A DNA stretch of 64,000 nt, taken from Christensenellaceae bacterium. GTDB taxonomy: Bacteria; Bacillota; Clostridia; Christensenellales; Borkfalkiaceae. Within the stretch, counting starts at the first letter, position 1. Each line of letters opens with the position of its first letter. The stretch spans positions 7,627 through 71,626 of the forward strand of contig JAZUSI010000064.1 of assembly GCA_045606665.1 (NCBI GenBank), in the 5' to 3' direction. Position numbers and translations under genes: made by a program. A model generated the notes under the pieces. It was given only the letters and a program-made list of their open reading frames with translations. It did no database searches and was not told the origin of the DNA. Shown here piece after piece: positions 32,282 through 42,049 of the stretch.

Positions 32282-33166
32282 TTAATTGTCTTGAGAGTAC
32301 CCGTATTCTTTCATAAGCCCAGCCGAATTTCTCCAGTCTTCTTTCACCTTGATATAAGTGGTTAAGAAAACCTTTTTTCCCAAAAACTTTTCCATATCTT
32401 GACGGGCAAATGACGAAACTTCCTTTATCGCCTTTCCACCTTTGCCTATTAAAATGGCTTTGTGGTTAAGTTTTTCACATACGATATCAAGATTAACTTC
32501 GTAAGTTCTTCCATTTTCTCTAAGTTCAAATTTGTTGATTATTATAGCGACTCCGTGTGGAATTTCCTTGTCGAACTTTAGTAAAATCTTTTCACGCATA
32601 ATTTCGGCAAGCATAAACTTTTCAGACCTATCTGAAACAATTTCTTGTTCAAAAAGTTTTCCACCCTCTGGAAGTTTTGAAACAATAACCTTCAATAATT
32701 CCTTTAAGTTTTTATTCTTTCTTGCTGAAACGGGAACTATTTCAATATTTTCTTCATCAAGTTCTTTTAACTCTGAAATCAAAAGGCTTTCACTCATAAT
32801 ATCAGTCTTTGTCAAGACTAAAATGGTCGGCACTTTTAATGACGAATATTTTTTTAAGAGCGCCCTATCCGTGTCACTTATACCTTCATGCGCGTCCATA
32901 GTAAATAAGACTAAGTCAACGTCTTGACTTGCATCATTCGTGGTCTTTTGCATAACTGAATTAAGGAGGTTGTCCGCCTTATATATCCCTGGCGTATCAA
33001 CGAACGCTATTTGATAATCTTCAGTTGTTAATACACCCAAAATTCTATCTCTCGTCGTCTGTGGTTTTGGGGAAACGATAGCAACTTTTTCCCCAACAAG
33101 CACGTTTATAAGCGTACTTTTCCCAGCATTAGCCCTGCCTACAACTGCAACAAATCCACTTCTCAT
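32282..33166 (-). CDS. era: GTPase Era
   Basis: G1 motif GRANAGKST, DTPG, TKTD, and a C-terminal KH domain. Confidence 0.95.
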   Translation of the reverse strand: MRSGFVAVVGRANAGKSTLINVLVGEKVAIVSPKPQTTRDRILGVLTTEDYQIAFVDTPGIYKADNLLNSVMQKTTNDASQDVDLVLFTMDAHEGISDTDRALLKKYSSLKVPTILVLTKTDIMSESLLISELKELDEENIEIVPVSARKNKNLKELLKVIVSKLPEGGKLFEQEIVSDRSEKFMLAEIMREKILLKFDKEIPHGVAIIINKFELRENGRTYEVNLDIVCEKLNHKAILIGKGGKAIKEVSSFARQDMEKFLGKKVFLTTYIKVKEDWRNSAGLMKEYGYSQDN

Positions 33167-33636
33167 TGTTCTTCCTTTGGATAAAGTATTTTCATAATCT
33201 GTTTTTCTTTTTCACGCATTTCTTTTTTGTCCGTATCGGTTAAATGATCGTAATCAAAAAGGTGCAAAAGTCCGTGCACCACAAGATATTCTCTTTCCCT
33301 CTTTTCATTATGCCCATATTCCAAAGCCTGTTCTCGAATTTTTTCATCACAAAGCACAATCGAACCTAAAAATATGTATTTCCCTTCAAGTTCGGTCTTG
33401 CAATCGTTTGGGGTTAGGATTTTACCTCTAATCCCACCCATACTTGGATAAGACAAAACGTCTGTAACGTTATCCACGCCACGAGTGGTTTTGTTTAACA
33501 TTTGCATATTATCGCCATCTTGAAAAACCACTTCCACCTTAAAACAAGCTTTTTGTCCGAGCGTTTTATAAACTGCCCTAGCAATCTTTCTTAAATTAAT
33601 TCTTCTGTCTAAACATTCTAACTTTATTCTGCCCAT
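33163..33636 (-). CDS. ybeY: rRNA maturation RNase YbeY
   Basis: The zinc motif is HGLLHLFDYDH. Confidence 0.93.
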   Translation of the reverse strand: MGRIKLECLDRRINLRKIARAVYKTLGQKACFKVEVVFQDGDNMQMLNKTTRGVDNVTDVLSYPSMGGIRGKILTPNDCKTELEGKYIFLGSIVLCDEKIREQALEYGHNEKREREYLVVHGLLHLFDYDHLTDTDKKEMREKEKQIMKILYPKEEQ

Positions 33637-33644
33637 ATCTCTCC

Positions 33645-35114
33645 TTATAGTTCCATACCATCAAGGCTAACCTTTGGATATTCTACTCTGCTGTGATATA
33701 CACCTGTTAAATGGTTTACAACGGTGTGTATAATTATGTTTAATTCTTTAAGCGTGATTTCACAATCTTCAAATTGACCGAGTTGCATTCTTTCATTTAC
33801 TATTTGCCTAACGACCTTTTTAACGTTTTCTCTAGAACGATCTTGCAAACTTCTAGCCGCCGCCTCGCACCCGTCTGCAATCATGATAATCGCTGCAATC
33901 TTTGTGCTAGGTTTTGGACCTGGATAACAGAATTGCGCAAGATCAACCTCACCATCAGTATATTTTTGAGCCTTACCATAAAAGTAAAGTATAGGCAAAG
34001 TGCCGTGGTGTTCTAAACAAACGTCTGCAATTACCTTTGGCAAACGATTTTTCATAACCAATTCATAACCATCTTGCGCGTGCGCTTTAATGATGTTTGT
34101 AGAAAGTTCTGGTGTTAAATCATCGTGTGGGTTTTCGCCATCTACTTGGTTTTCTTTGAAAAATTCTGGACGGCGCAATTTTCCTATATCGTGATAATAT
34201 GCACAAGTTCTAGCAAGTAATCCGTCTTCTTCAATAGCCAAAGCACAAGCCTCTGCAATGTTTGAAACAACGATTGAGTGATTAAACGTGCCCGGCGCTT
34301 GTTGAATAAGTTTCTTTATGAGTTTTGAGTTGTGTTCGATAAGTTCAGAGAACTTAAAGCAAGACACTTTCTTAAATATCGCCTCAAAAATTGGCAATAA
34401 AATTATGAGCAATGCTGAAGATAATGGTCCTGACGCTGCACCTGAAATCAAATCCACTACAACGGTGTTTGTTGAAACCTTGTGTTCAAGAAGGGTCATG
34501 GCAACGCAAACGAGTGATGGAAGGGCAACCAAGAAACTCATAATTAAGAGTTTTAGTCTTGAATATACCTTGTCCATACAAAGTATCGCCAACACGCCCG
34601 AAGTAAAGCCCATTATAAGCGATGGATATTTGCCCGTTTCAACGTTTTCGGTAAACGAGTCGAACAAGAAAATTATTATACAGAACACTATGTTCATAAA
34701 AAACGCTTTCTTTCTATCTGCCAAAAATAAGGTTAAAAGCGCAACGAGTGCAAGTGGACGAAGATAAATATCCACGTATTTTCCGCTTACAAAACAAGCG
34801 ATTATTGATATTTCTATAATCAAAAAAAGCATTTCTGAGTTTGCAGAATTTCTTAAGAAATTTTTATCGTCGTATAACAAATAAAAGAACATAATCACGC
34901 AAATCAAAAATAGCATGGTTAAAAAACGGAGTGGACTTGCAACGTTTTTGATAAAGTTTACCAAACCCGTGCCCTTACCCGTCGTTCCGTCGGTATGAAT
35001 AATAAGCAAAAACAACGCGCTTATAATAAAAACGTTTAAGATATAAACCAAAACGTTAAGCGCAATATCTTTTTTGCTCCATTGCTGAATTTTTTCTGAT
35101 TTTGTTTTTAACAT
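33645..35114 (-). CDS. 7TM-HD phosphohydrolase (PgpH/YqfF-like)
   Basis: An N-terminal multi-TM region is followed by an HD domain (YYHDIGK). Its synteny position upstream of ybeY fits. Confidence 0.8.
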   Translation of the reverse strand: MLKTKSEKIQQWSKKDIALNVLVYILNVFIISALFLLIIHTDGTTGKGTGLVNFIKNVASPLRFLTMLFLICVIMFFYLLYDDKNFLRNSANSEMLFLIIEISIIACFVSGKYVDIYLRPLALVALLTLFLADRKKAFFMNIVFCIIIFLFDSFTENVETGKYPSLIMGFTSGVLAILCMDKVYSRLKLLIMSFLVALPSLVCVAMTLLEHKVSTNTVVVDLISGAASGPLSSALLIILLPIFEAIFKKVSCFKFSELIEHNSKLIKKLIQQAPGTFNHSIVVSNIAEACALAIEEDGLLARTCAYYHDIGKLRRPEFFKENQVDGENPHDDLTPELSTNIIKAHAQDGYELVMKNRLPKVIADVCLEHHGTLPILYFYGKAQKYTDGEVDLAQFCYPGPKPSTKIAAIIMIADGCEAAARSLQDRSRENVKKVVRQIVNERMQLGQFEDCEITLKELNIIIHTVVNHLTGVYHSRVEYPKVSLDGMEL

Positions 35115-35156
35115 AATTTTATCCTTTGACTTTTATTGTTTATTAAAAGTCTTTCC

Positions 35157-36089
35157 TTATCCCACGTATATTATGTATCTGTATTTTACCATAGTTTTAT
35201 AAATAAAACCATTATTTCCCTCTTCTTTTGTCGTTATGCACTCTAAAATTTCCTTATCGGTAAAATTCGCACATGCCAAAAGTTCGGCTTTTTCTTGCTC
35301 GTTGTCTGCTTCTGAAAAATAAACAAATTGTTCTTCAGCAATGATTGAAAGGCTTGCTAAAACGTTTATTTTAACGACTTGCTCCTTTATGGTCATATAT
35401 CCATCGACAAGAAGGTCACCTTTTTTTACGTAATCGCCCTTTTTAACGAGCGCCGTTCCACGATAGACGTTTATTTTTTCTATCGTGCCAAACACGTCTG
35501 AAGTTAAAAAGTAAACGTTTCCATTGAGCCTGTCGATTTTATCGGTTGCAATCGCAGAATCAATGACTAAAGTGTTCCCATGCTTTTCTATAGAGACAAA
35601 TGATAGGTTTTGATTGTCTGCCAAAACTTCATCTTCAATTTTTTCAAAATCAAACTTTGAAAAACGTTGATATTCTTTTACACCAATGCTGTTTAGGTAT
35701 GAAAGAACCTCTCGCTTATAAACACTTCCACTGCCCACAAAAGAAAATTCATATATAAAATCGTTAAAGAAAAAGGTTGAAAGTGAAAAAATAATCATTC
35801 CCACAAAAATCCCTAAACCTTTCCACATCTTAACAAGTGGCAAAGATTTACCCTTTTCTTTAATCTTTTTTATATTATAACACAATTCTTTTGCATTTGC
35901 AAAAAATTTTTTACTATCATAGTAAGAAACGCTTACAATTAACTGTTTATTGGAAATTTTTTTAGCATTATAAAGTGTTATCCCCTTGTTTTTTACGCTG
36001 TTTATAAACCTATCAAGATTAAGCCCTTCAATTAGATAGGTAAATTTTAGGTCTATTAAACCCTTTCTACCTTTTTTATCTTTCCACAA
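35157..36089 (-). CDS. yqfD: sporulation protein YqfD
   Basis: 310 aa with a central TM segment. It follows the yqfC-like gene. Confidence 0.7.
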   Translation of the reverse strand: MWKDKKGRKGLIDLKFTYLIEGLNLDRFINSVKNKGITLYNAKKISNKQLIVSVSYYDSKKFFANAKELCYNIKKIKEKGKSLPLVKMWKGLGIFVGMIIFSLSTFFFNDFIYEFSFVGSGSVYKREVLSYLNSIGVKEYQRFSKFDFEKIEDEVLADNQNLSFVSIEKHGNTLVIDSAIATDKIDRLNGNVYFLTSDVFGTIEKINVYRGTALVKKGDYVKKGDLLVDGYMTIKEQVVKINVLASLSIIAEEQFVYFSEADNEQEKAELLACANFTDKEILECITTKEEGNNGFIYKTMVKYRYIIYVG

Positions 36090-36328
36090 ATCACAACGTC
36101 CCCCATGCAGTATTTTTTAATGTATAAATTTATACCGTTAATCTTTAACCCACCGTTTGATAAGGCTAAAAGCACTTCTTCTTGTGAGTAACTCACTATG
36201 CTTTTTATATTTTCAAAATATCCTGCACTTTCGCCGAATAAAACAGCCCTAAATATAGGCTCTTTTGGAATTTCATTTTGACAAAAACTATCCCTTATAT
36301 TATCAATTAAACTCATACTTTCCCCCAT
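36056..36328 (-). CDS. yqfC: YabP/YqfC-family sporulation protein
   Basis: 90 aa. The size and its position before yqfD fit. Confidence 0.7.
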   Translation of the reverse strand: MGESMSLIDNIRDSFCQNEIPKEPIFRAVLFGESAGYFENIKSIVSYSQEEVLLALSNGGLKINGINLYIKKYCMGDVVICGKIKKVERV

Positions 36329-36457
36329 ATAATTTCATTATATATATTTATGCAAGCGTAAATAAAAATAGAAAAGAACGTTTCGTTCTTTACTGACAAA
36401 TATTTCTTGTTTTTTGTTAGTATATAAAAAACAAACTCCGTTAGTTGCCACAAAAAC

Positions 36458-36647
36458 AAAAAAAGTGTGTAATTCGTTTTGAGTTACACACTTTTGTTTT
36501 CATATAATTTATTAACCTCTGTAATAATTAATCAAACAGCCTTTTAGAATAATTTGCTTTTCAGCATCTGTTAAAGCATCCATTTTAAGAGTGATTTCTC
36601 TTTGTGTTTGGCCGATAACTGTTGCCTTAAATTCTTTTACACCACTT
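36458..36647. repeat. left copy of a ~190-bp direct repeat: a relic of the aconitase 3' end (last ~45 codons) plus its terminator
   Basis: It aligns base-for-base with 37260-37449 at an offset of 802, with about nine mismatches by eye. The relic still reads in frame: ...[41 protein letters not shown]. Confidence 0.9.
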
Positions 36648-36955
36648 TATTCCATTTCCAAAATTTCTTTTTCTAACTCTCCTAAAAATTCTTTAAATCT
36701 TCTTATAGCAAAAAGTAAAACTCTTTTCTCTTTACTATCCTTGCAATAAACGTCTTCGCTTTTCTTAACCACCTTTAAATCTGGTCGTTTGCTTGCAGGT
36801 CTTCCTTTTTTGCTAAAATATGGCTCAACCTCTCCTCGTTCAACCTGTTTTATCTTTTTAATTAAAAGGTCTTTTTTGTATAAACTTGGCGATTTTACCC
36901 CTATTTCCCTTGCATATGCTCTTAAATAATGTAAATCTACTTTTCTATAATCCAC
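36647..36955 (-). CDS. small protein with an N-terminal Rho_N/SAP-like helix-extension-helix motif (102 aa)
   Basis: LHYLRAYAREIGVKSPSLYKKDLLIKKIKQV resembles the Rho N-terminal domain pattern. A paralog lies at 42817-43116. Confidence 0.6.
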   Translation of the reverse strand: MDYRKVDLHYLRAYAREIGVKSPSLYKKDLLIKKIKQVERGEVEPYFSKKGRPASKRPDLKVVKKSEDVYCKDSKEKRVLLFAIRRFKEFLGELEKEILEME

Positions 36956-37057
36956 TACTTTTCTCCCTGAATAAAAATTTATAATACGCCCAAATTATAT
37001 CAAGAAGATTTCTTCTTGTCAAGCACGCTTTAGAAGTTTTCTTCTATAATGTTAGGT

Positions 37058-37258
37058 ATGAAAATAGGCGAAAAGATAAAAGAATTAAGAATAGAAAACA
37101 ATCTATCGCAAAGCAAACTTGCAAATGCAATAGAGGTGAGCCAAAAGGCAATTGATTTTTGGGAAAGATCGATTAATGAACCAAAAGCAAGTTATATAAT
37201 AAAACTTGTCAAGTTTTTTAATTTAACTTTTAATGAATTTTTTGAAGATGTTGAATAA
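37058..37258 (+). CDS. XRE-family HTH regulator
   Basis: The sequence begins MKIGEKIKELRIENNLSQSKLANAIEVSQKAIDFWE. I prefer the ATG at 37058 because a TATAAT hexamer at 37045-37050 overlaps the ORF-track start. Confidence 0.8.
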   Translation: MKIGEKIKELRIENNLSQSKLANAIEVSQKAIDFWERSINEPKASYIIKLVKFFNLTFNEFFEDVE

Positions 37259-37259
37259 T

Positions 37260-37449
37260 AAAAAAAGTGTGTAATTCGTTTTGAGTTACACACTTTTGTT
37301 TTTATATAATTTATTAACCTCTGTAATAATTAATCAAACAGCCTTTTAGAATAATTTGCTTTTCAGCATCTGTTAAAGCGTCCATTTTAAGAGTGATTTC
37401 TCTTTGTGTTTCGCCAATAACCGTTGCCTTAAATTCTTTTGCGCCGTTT
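37260..37449. repeat. right copy of the ~190-bp direct repeat (the functional aconitase 3' end plus terminator)
   Basis: See 36458-36647. Confidence 0.9.
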
Positions 37450-39482
37450 TCAATGCCTTTCTTAACGTCCTTAATCAAGATATATTCATCAACGTTAAAG
37501 TCATTTTTGTCAGCAAGAAGTGGGAGCATGCCCCAGTTGATAAGGTTACTGCGATATCTCTTGGTTGCATATTCATAAGCAATATTTGCTACCCCTCCTA
37601 AAACTCTTTGGCAAGATGCCGCTTGTTCCCTTGCAGAGCCGTCACCCGGTTTAATCGAGCAAACTACACTGCCGTATGAAGTCTTGCTTTCATCAAGTCC
37701 TAAATGAGCTGGGAACTCTCCGTCACGAACAGCCTTTGCTCTGCCCACGTACATTGGGTCTTTTCTTGAAAGGGCAAATTCTGCAAGTTTAAGTGGGTTT
37801 GAACGATATGATGACGTTTCGCCTGATGGAATAAGTTCATCAGTTGTAGTTACAGGATCATTAATAACTGAAACAACTTTCAATAATAGGTCGTCTTTAA
37901 GCGCTTGCATTTTTGGCCAGTCGGCAATGTTTGGTCCATAAACGAGTGGTTTTTCTTGTTCGCCATTGCCTACAGCATTAAACACTCTCGCCCTATAAAT
38001 CTTATTGTCGAAACGATATTTTTTAACCTTATTTGAATAGATTTCATCCATAGCAGAAGTGATTGCGCCACCGTTTTTAGCAGTTGCAGCAATACTTCTT
38101 GCATCCATAAGTGCAACTGCAGAAAGTTGTCCGTTTGCAGGTTTGCTACCTTCTCTACTTTCAAAGTTTCTGGTTGTGTGGCGAATTGATAGACCGTTAT
38201 TTTGTGGAACGTCGCCTGCACCAAAGCAAGGACCACAAAAAGCTGTCTTTATAACCGTGCCGTTATCGATGAGTTTTGAGATATATCCACTGTCAACAAG
38301 TCCTTTATAAACAGGTTGGCTTGATGGGTAAACGTCAAGCGTAAAGTCATTATTGTTGATATCCACGTCACCCAAGATATTTGATGCTTCAGCTATATTT
38401 TCATACATACCACCAGCACAGCCAGCGATAACGCCTTGTTCAACGTAAACCTTTCCATCACGAATTTTATCGGTGAGTTTGAATTCACCTTTTCCTTCAG
38501 GAAGAAGTTTTTGACCTGCGATTTCACACTCTCTCAAGAGTTCGTATGGGCGAGATAAAAATTCACGGATAGTATATGCGTTTGATGGGTGGAAAGGAAG
38601 GGCTATCATTGGTTCAACCTTTGACAAGTCGATTACAATTCCCCTATCGTAATAAGCGCCGTCTTCTGGATTCATTTCCTTGTATTCTTCTGGTCTGCCG
38701 TGTTCAACATAATAACTTCTAGTTTTTTCATCAGTTTGCCAAATAGAAGATAGACAGGTCGTTTCGGTAGTCATAACGTCAATGCCGTTTCTAAAGTCCA
38801 TAGATAAACCTTTGATACCGTTACCAACGAATTCCAAAATTCTATTCTTAACAAAACCTTGCTTAAAGGTTGCCTTAACGAGAGCAAGCGCAACGTCGTG
38901 TGGGCCAACGCCCTTTCTCAATCTGCCCTTTAAGTTAACTGCAACTATTTCAGGCATATCAAGGTCATAAGTTCTATTTAAGAGTTGCTTAACGAGTTCT
39001 GGACCACCTTCACCAACAGCAAGAGTGCCGAGCGCCCCGTATCTTGTGTGTGAGTCAGAGCCCAAAATCATTGCGCCACAAAATGCGCGCATTTCTCTCA
39101 TATATTGGTGGATAACTGCTAGGTGTGGTGGAACGAATGCCCCACCGTATTTTTTTGCAGCAGAAAGACCAAACACGTGGTCGTCCTCATTTATAGTTCC
39201 CCCAACTGCGCAGAGTGAGTTGTGGCAGTTTGTAAGCGTATAAGGAATAGGGAATTTTTCTAGTCCCGATGCCTTTGCCGTTTGGATAATACCAACGTAA
39301 GTTATATCGTTTGAAGTGATTTCATCAAATTTAACGTTAAGTTTCGTATCGTCACCACTAACGTTGTGCGCTGATAAAATCTTATAAGCCATTGTGCCTT
39401 TTTGCGCGTTTTTATCTATTTTTTTTGCCTTTACTAATTTGCCGTTTTGATAATATACGCCTTTTTCAATAAGTTTAATCAT
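37314..39482 (-). CDS. aconitase-family Fe-S hydro-lyase (aconitate hydratase-like)
   Basis: 722 aa with GSDSHT, GCAGG and CGPCFGAGD cluster-ligand motifs and a C-terminal swivel-like domain. Confidence 0.8.
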   Translation of the reverse strand: MIKLIEKGVYYQNGKLVKAKKIDKNAQKGTMAYKILSAHNVSGDDTKLNVKFDEITSNDITYVGIIQTAKASGLEKFPIPYTLTNCHNSLCAVGGTINEDDHVFGLSAAKKYGGAFVPPHLAVIHQYMREMRAFCGAMILGSDSHTRYGALGTLAVGEGGPELVKQLLNRTYDLDMPEIVAVNLKGRLRKGVGPHDVALALVKATFKQGFVKNRILEFVGNGIKGLSMDFRNGIDVMTTETTCLSSIWQTDEKTRSYYVEHGRPEEYKEMNPEDGAYYDRGIVIDLSKVEPMIALPFHPSNAYTIREFLSRPYELLRECEIAGQKLLPEGKGEFKLTDKIRDGKVYVEQGVIAGCAGGMYENIAEASNILGDVDINNNDFTLDVYPSSQPVYKGLVDSGYISKLIDNGTVIKTAFCGPCFGAGDVPQNNGLSIRHTTRNFESREGSKPANGQLSAVALMDARSIAATAKNGGAITSAMDEIYSNKVKKYRFDNKIYRARVFNAVGNGEQEKPLVYGPNIADWPKMQALKDDLLLKVVSVINDPVTTTDELIPSGETSSYRSNPLKLAEFALSRKDPMYVGRAKAVRDGEFPAHLGLDESKTSYGSVVCSIKPGDGSAREQAASCQRVLGGVANIAYEYATKRYRSNLINWGMLPLLADKNDFNVDEYILIKDVKKGIENGAKEFKATVIGETQREITLKMDALTDAEKQIILKGCLINYYRG

Positions 39483-39635
39483 TTAAGTTCTCCAAAAATG
39501 TTTTTATTCTTATAGATTATATAATATAATGTAAAATTTAGCAAGCGATATAAAACACATTATCCTCTAAAAAATTTCAAATTGCCCCTTGATTTTTGCT
39601 TTACTTTGTAATACAATGATTAAAAAGGAGCAATT

Positions 39636-40097
39636 ATGAAAAAATTTCGCTTTAAATACGCGCCGTCCGTTTGGATATTATTGATTATGGTTTTATTGCT
39701 TTCTACGGGTGGACTTGTTTGGAACATCTTTAATTTTATTGAATATTATTCTCTGAATAATATTTTTAAGCTCATTTCCTATGCGCTTATTATCATTATT
39801 TCTTTATTTTTAACCATTTTCGTTTTATCGGTTATTTTTTATGGAAATTACGTGGTAAAGGGCGAATATATTTATACTTGTTTTGGCTTTTTTAGAGCAA
39901 AATATAAAATTCACGACGTCGTTTGCATTTCACTTTTTAAGAAAAGTAGTAAATTGGTGGCTTACTTTAAGGATCAGACTTACACGGTTATCGTTATAGA
40001 CCAAAGTTTTTACGATGATTTTGTGCTTTCTATTAGAAAAATTAACCCACAAATTATTTACGATACAAAGATTGACGGCGAAGATATAGCAAATTAG
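39636..40097 (+). CDS. hypothetical membrane protein (two N-terminal TM helices)
   Basis: A 153-aa ORF with an AGGAG RBS. Confidence 0.6.
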   Translation: MKKFRFKYAPSVWILLIMVLLLSTGGLVWNIFNFIEYYSLNNIFKLISYALIIIISLFLTIFVLSVIFYGNYVVKGEYIYTCFGFFRAKYKIHDVVCISLFKKSSKLVAYFKDQTYTVIVIDQSFYDDFVLSIRKINPQIIYDTKIDGEDIAN

Positions 40098-40137
40098 AAT
40101 AAAATTTCGCTTATAAAAAATTTTTATATAAAAACTA

Positions 40138-40166
40138 TTGACAAGTCTTATTTTTGTGAGTAAACT
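40138..40166 (+). promoter_or_regulatory. sigma-A promoter of the mgtE leader
   Basis: TTGACA, a 17-nt spacer, then TAAACT. Confidence 0.55.
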
Positions 40167-40205
40167 ATAGTTGTAATTTAAAACAAGTCTTTTATCTATG
40201 AAAAT

Positions 40206-40340
40206 AATTGATTAGTTTAAAACGGTTTAATGATAAAAACACAAGAAAGACTAGTGTTCTTGTAAGGGCGCATACCTGTAAGGTATGAAACCGAACAAAA
40301 CACGAAGTATTTTGAAGCGTTTTTCCATTAAAAATCAATT
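40206..40340 (+). ncRNA. unclassified ~135-nt structured element, copy A
   Basis: It shares the TTGTAAGGG and AACCGAACAAAACACGAAGTA blocks, at identical 29-nt spacing, with 48125-48261. A 9-bp closing helix covaries between the copies. Confidence 0.45.
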
Positions 40341-40359
40341 AGGTGAAGAGATAAAAGAC

Positions 40360-40515
40360 AATATACAATCCGGTAGGTAAGGCTACCATAGGGATACGGA
40401 CTACTGCCGCAAAATAGTGGAGACACTACTAGATGGTATGAACAGACCACGTCGAAACCAAGGCGTGATTTAACGTAGTTTTCATCGCCCTACGGTGCTA
40501 AAGCCAGCATGGTTA
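40360..40515 (+). promoter_or_regulatory. M-box (ykoK) magnesium riboswitch
   Basis: The signature GGTAGGTAAGGCTACC...GATACGGACTACTGCCGCAAAATAGTGGAGACAC...GGTGCTAAAGCC matches the M-box core. Terminator-like hairpins with T-runs follow at about 40514-40537 and about 40542-40572, and mgtE lies downstream. Confidence 0.85.
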
Positions 40516-40603
40516 ATCGTTAAAAGCGATTTTTTGTATTTCCTGCCGAATTATTTTCAGCGGGATTTTTTATTGTAAAAAATTAGAAAAAGGAGAATTT
40601 ATT

Positions 40604-41965
40604 ATGACGGAAGAAATGAAAGTATTTTACGAAAGATTATCTTTTTGTTTTGAAACGCGAAAGTATGCCGACTTAAGAATTCTTCTTCTCGACATGGAAC
40701 CGGTAGATATCGCACACTACCTTGAAAACAATTTAGATGATAAAGAGCAGTTAATGTTCTTTAGAATTTTACCAAAAGAACTCGCCAGTGACGTTTTCGT
40801 TGAAATTGATAGCGATTTACAAGAAACGCTTATCAAGGCGTTTACCGATAAGGAACTTAAAGCCGTTATTGACGATATGTATCTTGACGATACGGTTGAC
40901 ATCATTGAAGAAATGCCTGCAAACGTGGTTAAAAGAATTCTTAAAAACTCCACTCCAGAGGATAGAAAACAAATAAACCAACTTTTAGAATACCCTGAAG
41001 ATTCGGCTGGATCTATTATGACCACCGAGTATATATCTTTCTCGCCATCTACCACCATTGAAAGTGCGTTTGATAAAATTAGGCGCACGGGCGTTAACAA
41101 AGAAACCATTTACACTTGTTACGTTGTGGACAGAAAGAAGCGCTTGGTCGGTGCTGTGTCCGTTAAAGATATGCTTTTGGCAGAAAAAAGCGCTATTATT
41201 GCCGACGTTATGGACTCAAATGCTGTGGTTGTTAACACGCTTGACGATAAGGAAAACGTTGCTTTAATGTTCTCTAAGTACGATAAACTTGCCCTCCCTG
41301 TTATCGACAAGGAAGGGTGCTTAGTCGGTATAATCACGGTTGATGACGCTGTGGACGTTATCCAAGAAGAAGCAACCGAAGATATCCAAAAACTCGCAGC
41401 TGTGTTGCCAAGCGAAAAACCTTATTTGAAACAATCGGTATTTTCCATTTGTAAAGCGAGATTGCCTTGGCTTATTTTACTATTAATAACTTCTACCTTT
41501 ACCAGCTTGATTTTGGCAAGTTATGAAAGTAAACTCTCGACAATCTTACTTGCTTTCGTGCCTATGCTTATGGGTACTGCCGGTAACGCAGGTGGTCAAA
41601 CTTCGGTTACAATCGTGCGCGCAATCGCCGTTGGCGACGTGGAATTTAAGGATATATTTAGAGTTATCTTAAAAGAACTTTTAGTTTCTTTGGCAATCGG
41701 CTTAATCGTGGGACTTATTTGTTTTGGCAAAATTATGCTCATAGATAGGATATATAGCGAAATTGCATTGAACGAAGCATTTGTTATCTCGCTCGTTTGT
41801 ACCATAACTTTGATAATGGCAAAGTTGGTCGGCTGTATCTTGCCACTTCTTGCTAAAAAAATTAAACTTGACCCTGCTGCCGTTGCAAGTCCACTTATGA
41901 CGACTATTGTCGATGCTTTGGCGCTTATAATTTACTGCACCATTTCAATAGCAATTTTAGTTTAA
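40604..41965 (+). CDS. mgtE: magnesium transporter MgtE
   Basis: 453 aa with an N domain, tandem CBS domains and a C-terminal TM domain carrying GNAGGQ. Confidence 0.95.
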   Translation: MTEEMKVFYERLSFCFETRKYADLRILLLDMEPVDIAHYLENNLDDKEQLMFFRILPKELASDVFVEIDSDLQETLIKAFTDKELKAVIDDMYLDDTVDIIEEMPANVVKRILKNSTPEDRKQINQLLEYPEDSAGSIMTTEYISFSPSTTIESAFDKIRRTGVNKETIYTCYVVDRKKRLVGAVSVKDMLLAEKSAIIADVMDSNAVVVNTLDDKENVALMFSKYDKLALPVIDKEGCLVGIITVDDAVDVIQEEATEDIQKLAAVLPSEKPYLKQSVFSICKARLPWLILLLITSTFTSLILASYESKLSTILLAFVPMLMGTAGNAGGQTSVTIVRAIAVGDVEFKDIFRVILKELLVSLAIGLIVGLICFGKIMLIDRIYSEIALNEAFVISLVCTITLIMAKLVGCILPLLAKKIKLDPAAVASPLMTTIVDALALIIYCTISIAILV

Positions 41966-41980
41966 TAATGAATAAAGTAT

Positions 41981-42005
41981 AAAGCCACCGTTTCGGTGGC
42001 TTTTT
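41981..42005 (+). terminator. intrinsic terminator of mgtE
   Basis: The stem AAAGCCACCG/CGGTGGCTTT is followed by a T-run. Confidence 0.85.
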
Positions 42006-42049
42006 CATTTCCTTTTAACCTTTTGTAAATTATATCAATATTATATAGT

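Noticed and set aside
39559-39590. A third full member of the shared 34-nt promoter block, upstream of the aconitase gene.
   Set aside because: Only about 16 of 27 positions match in an AT-rich context. I mention it as a weak look-alike within the finding and do not call it a feature.
40187-40359. Calling copy A of the 135-nt element a MITE on the basis of its 11-bp terminal inverted repeat.
   Set aside because: No target-site duplication is visible. Copy B lacks the outer inverted repeat. The internal helix covariation points to RNA-level selection. I keep it as an alternative hypothesis only.
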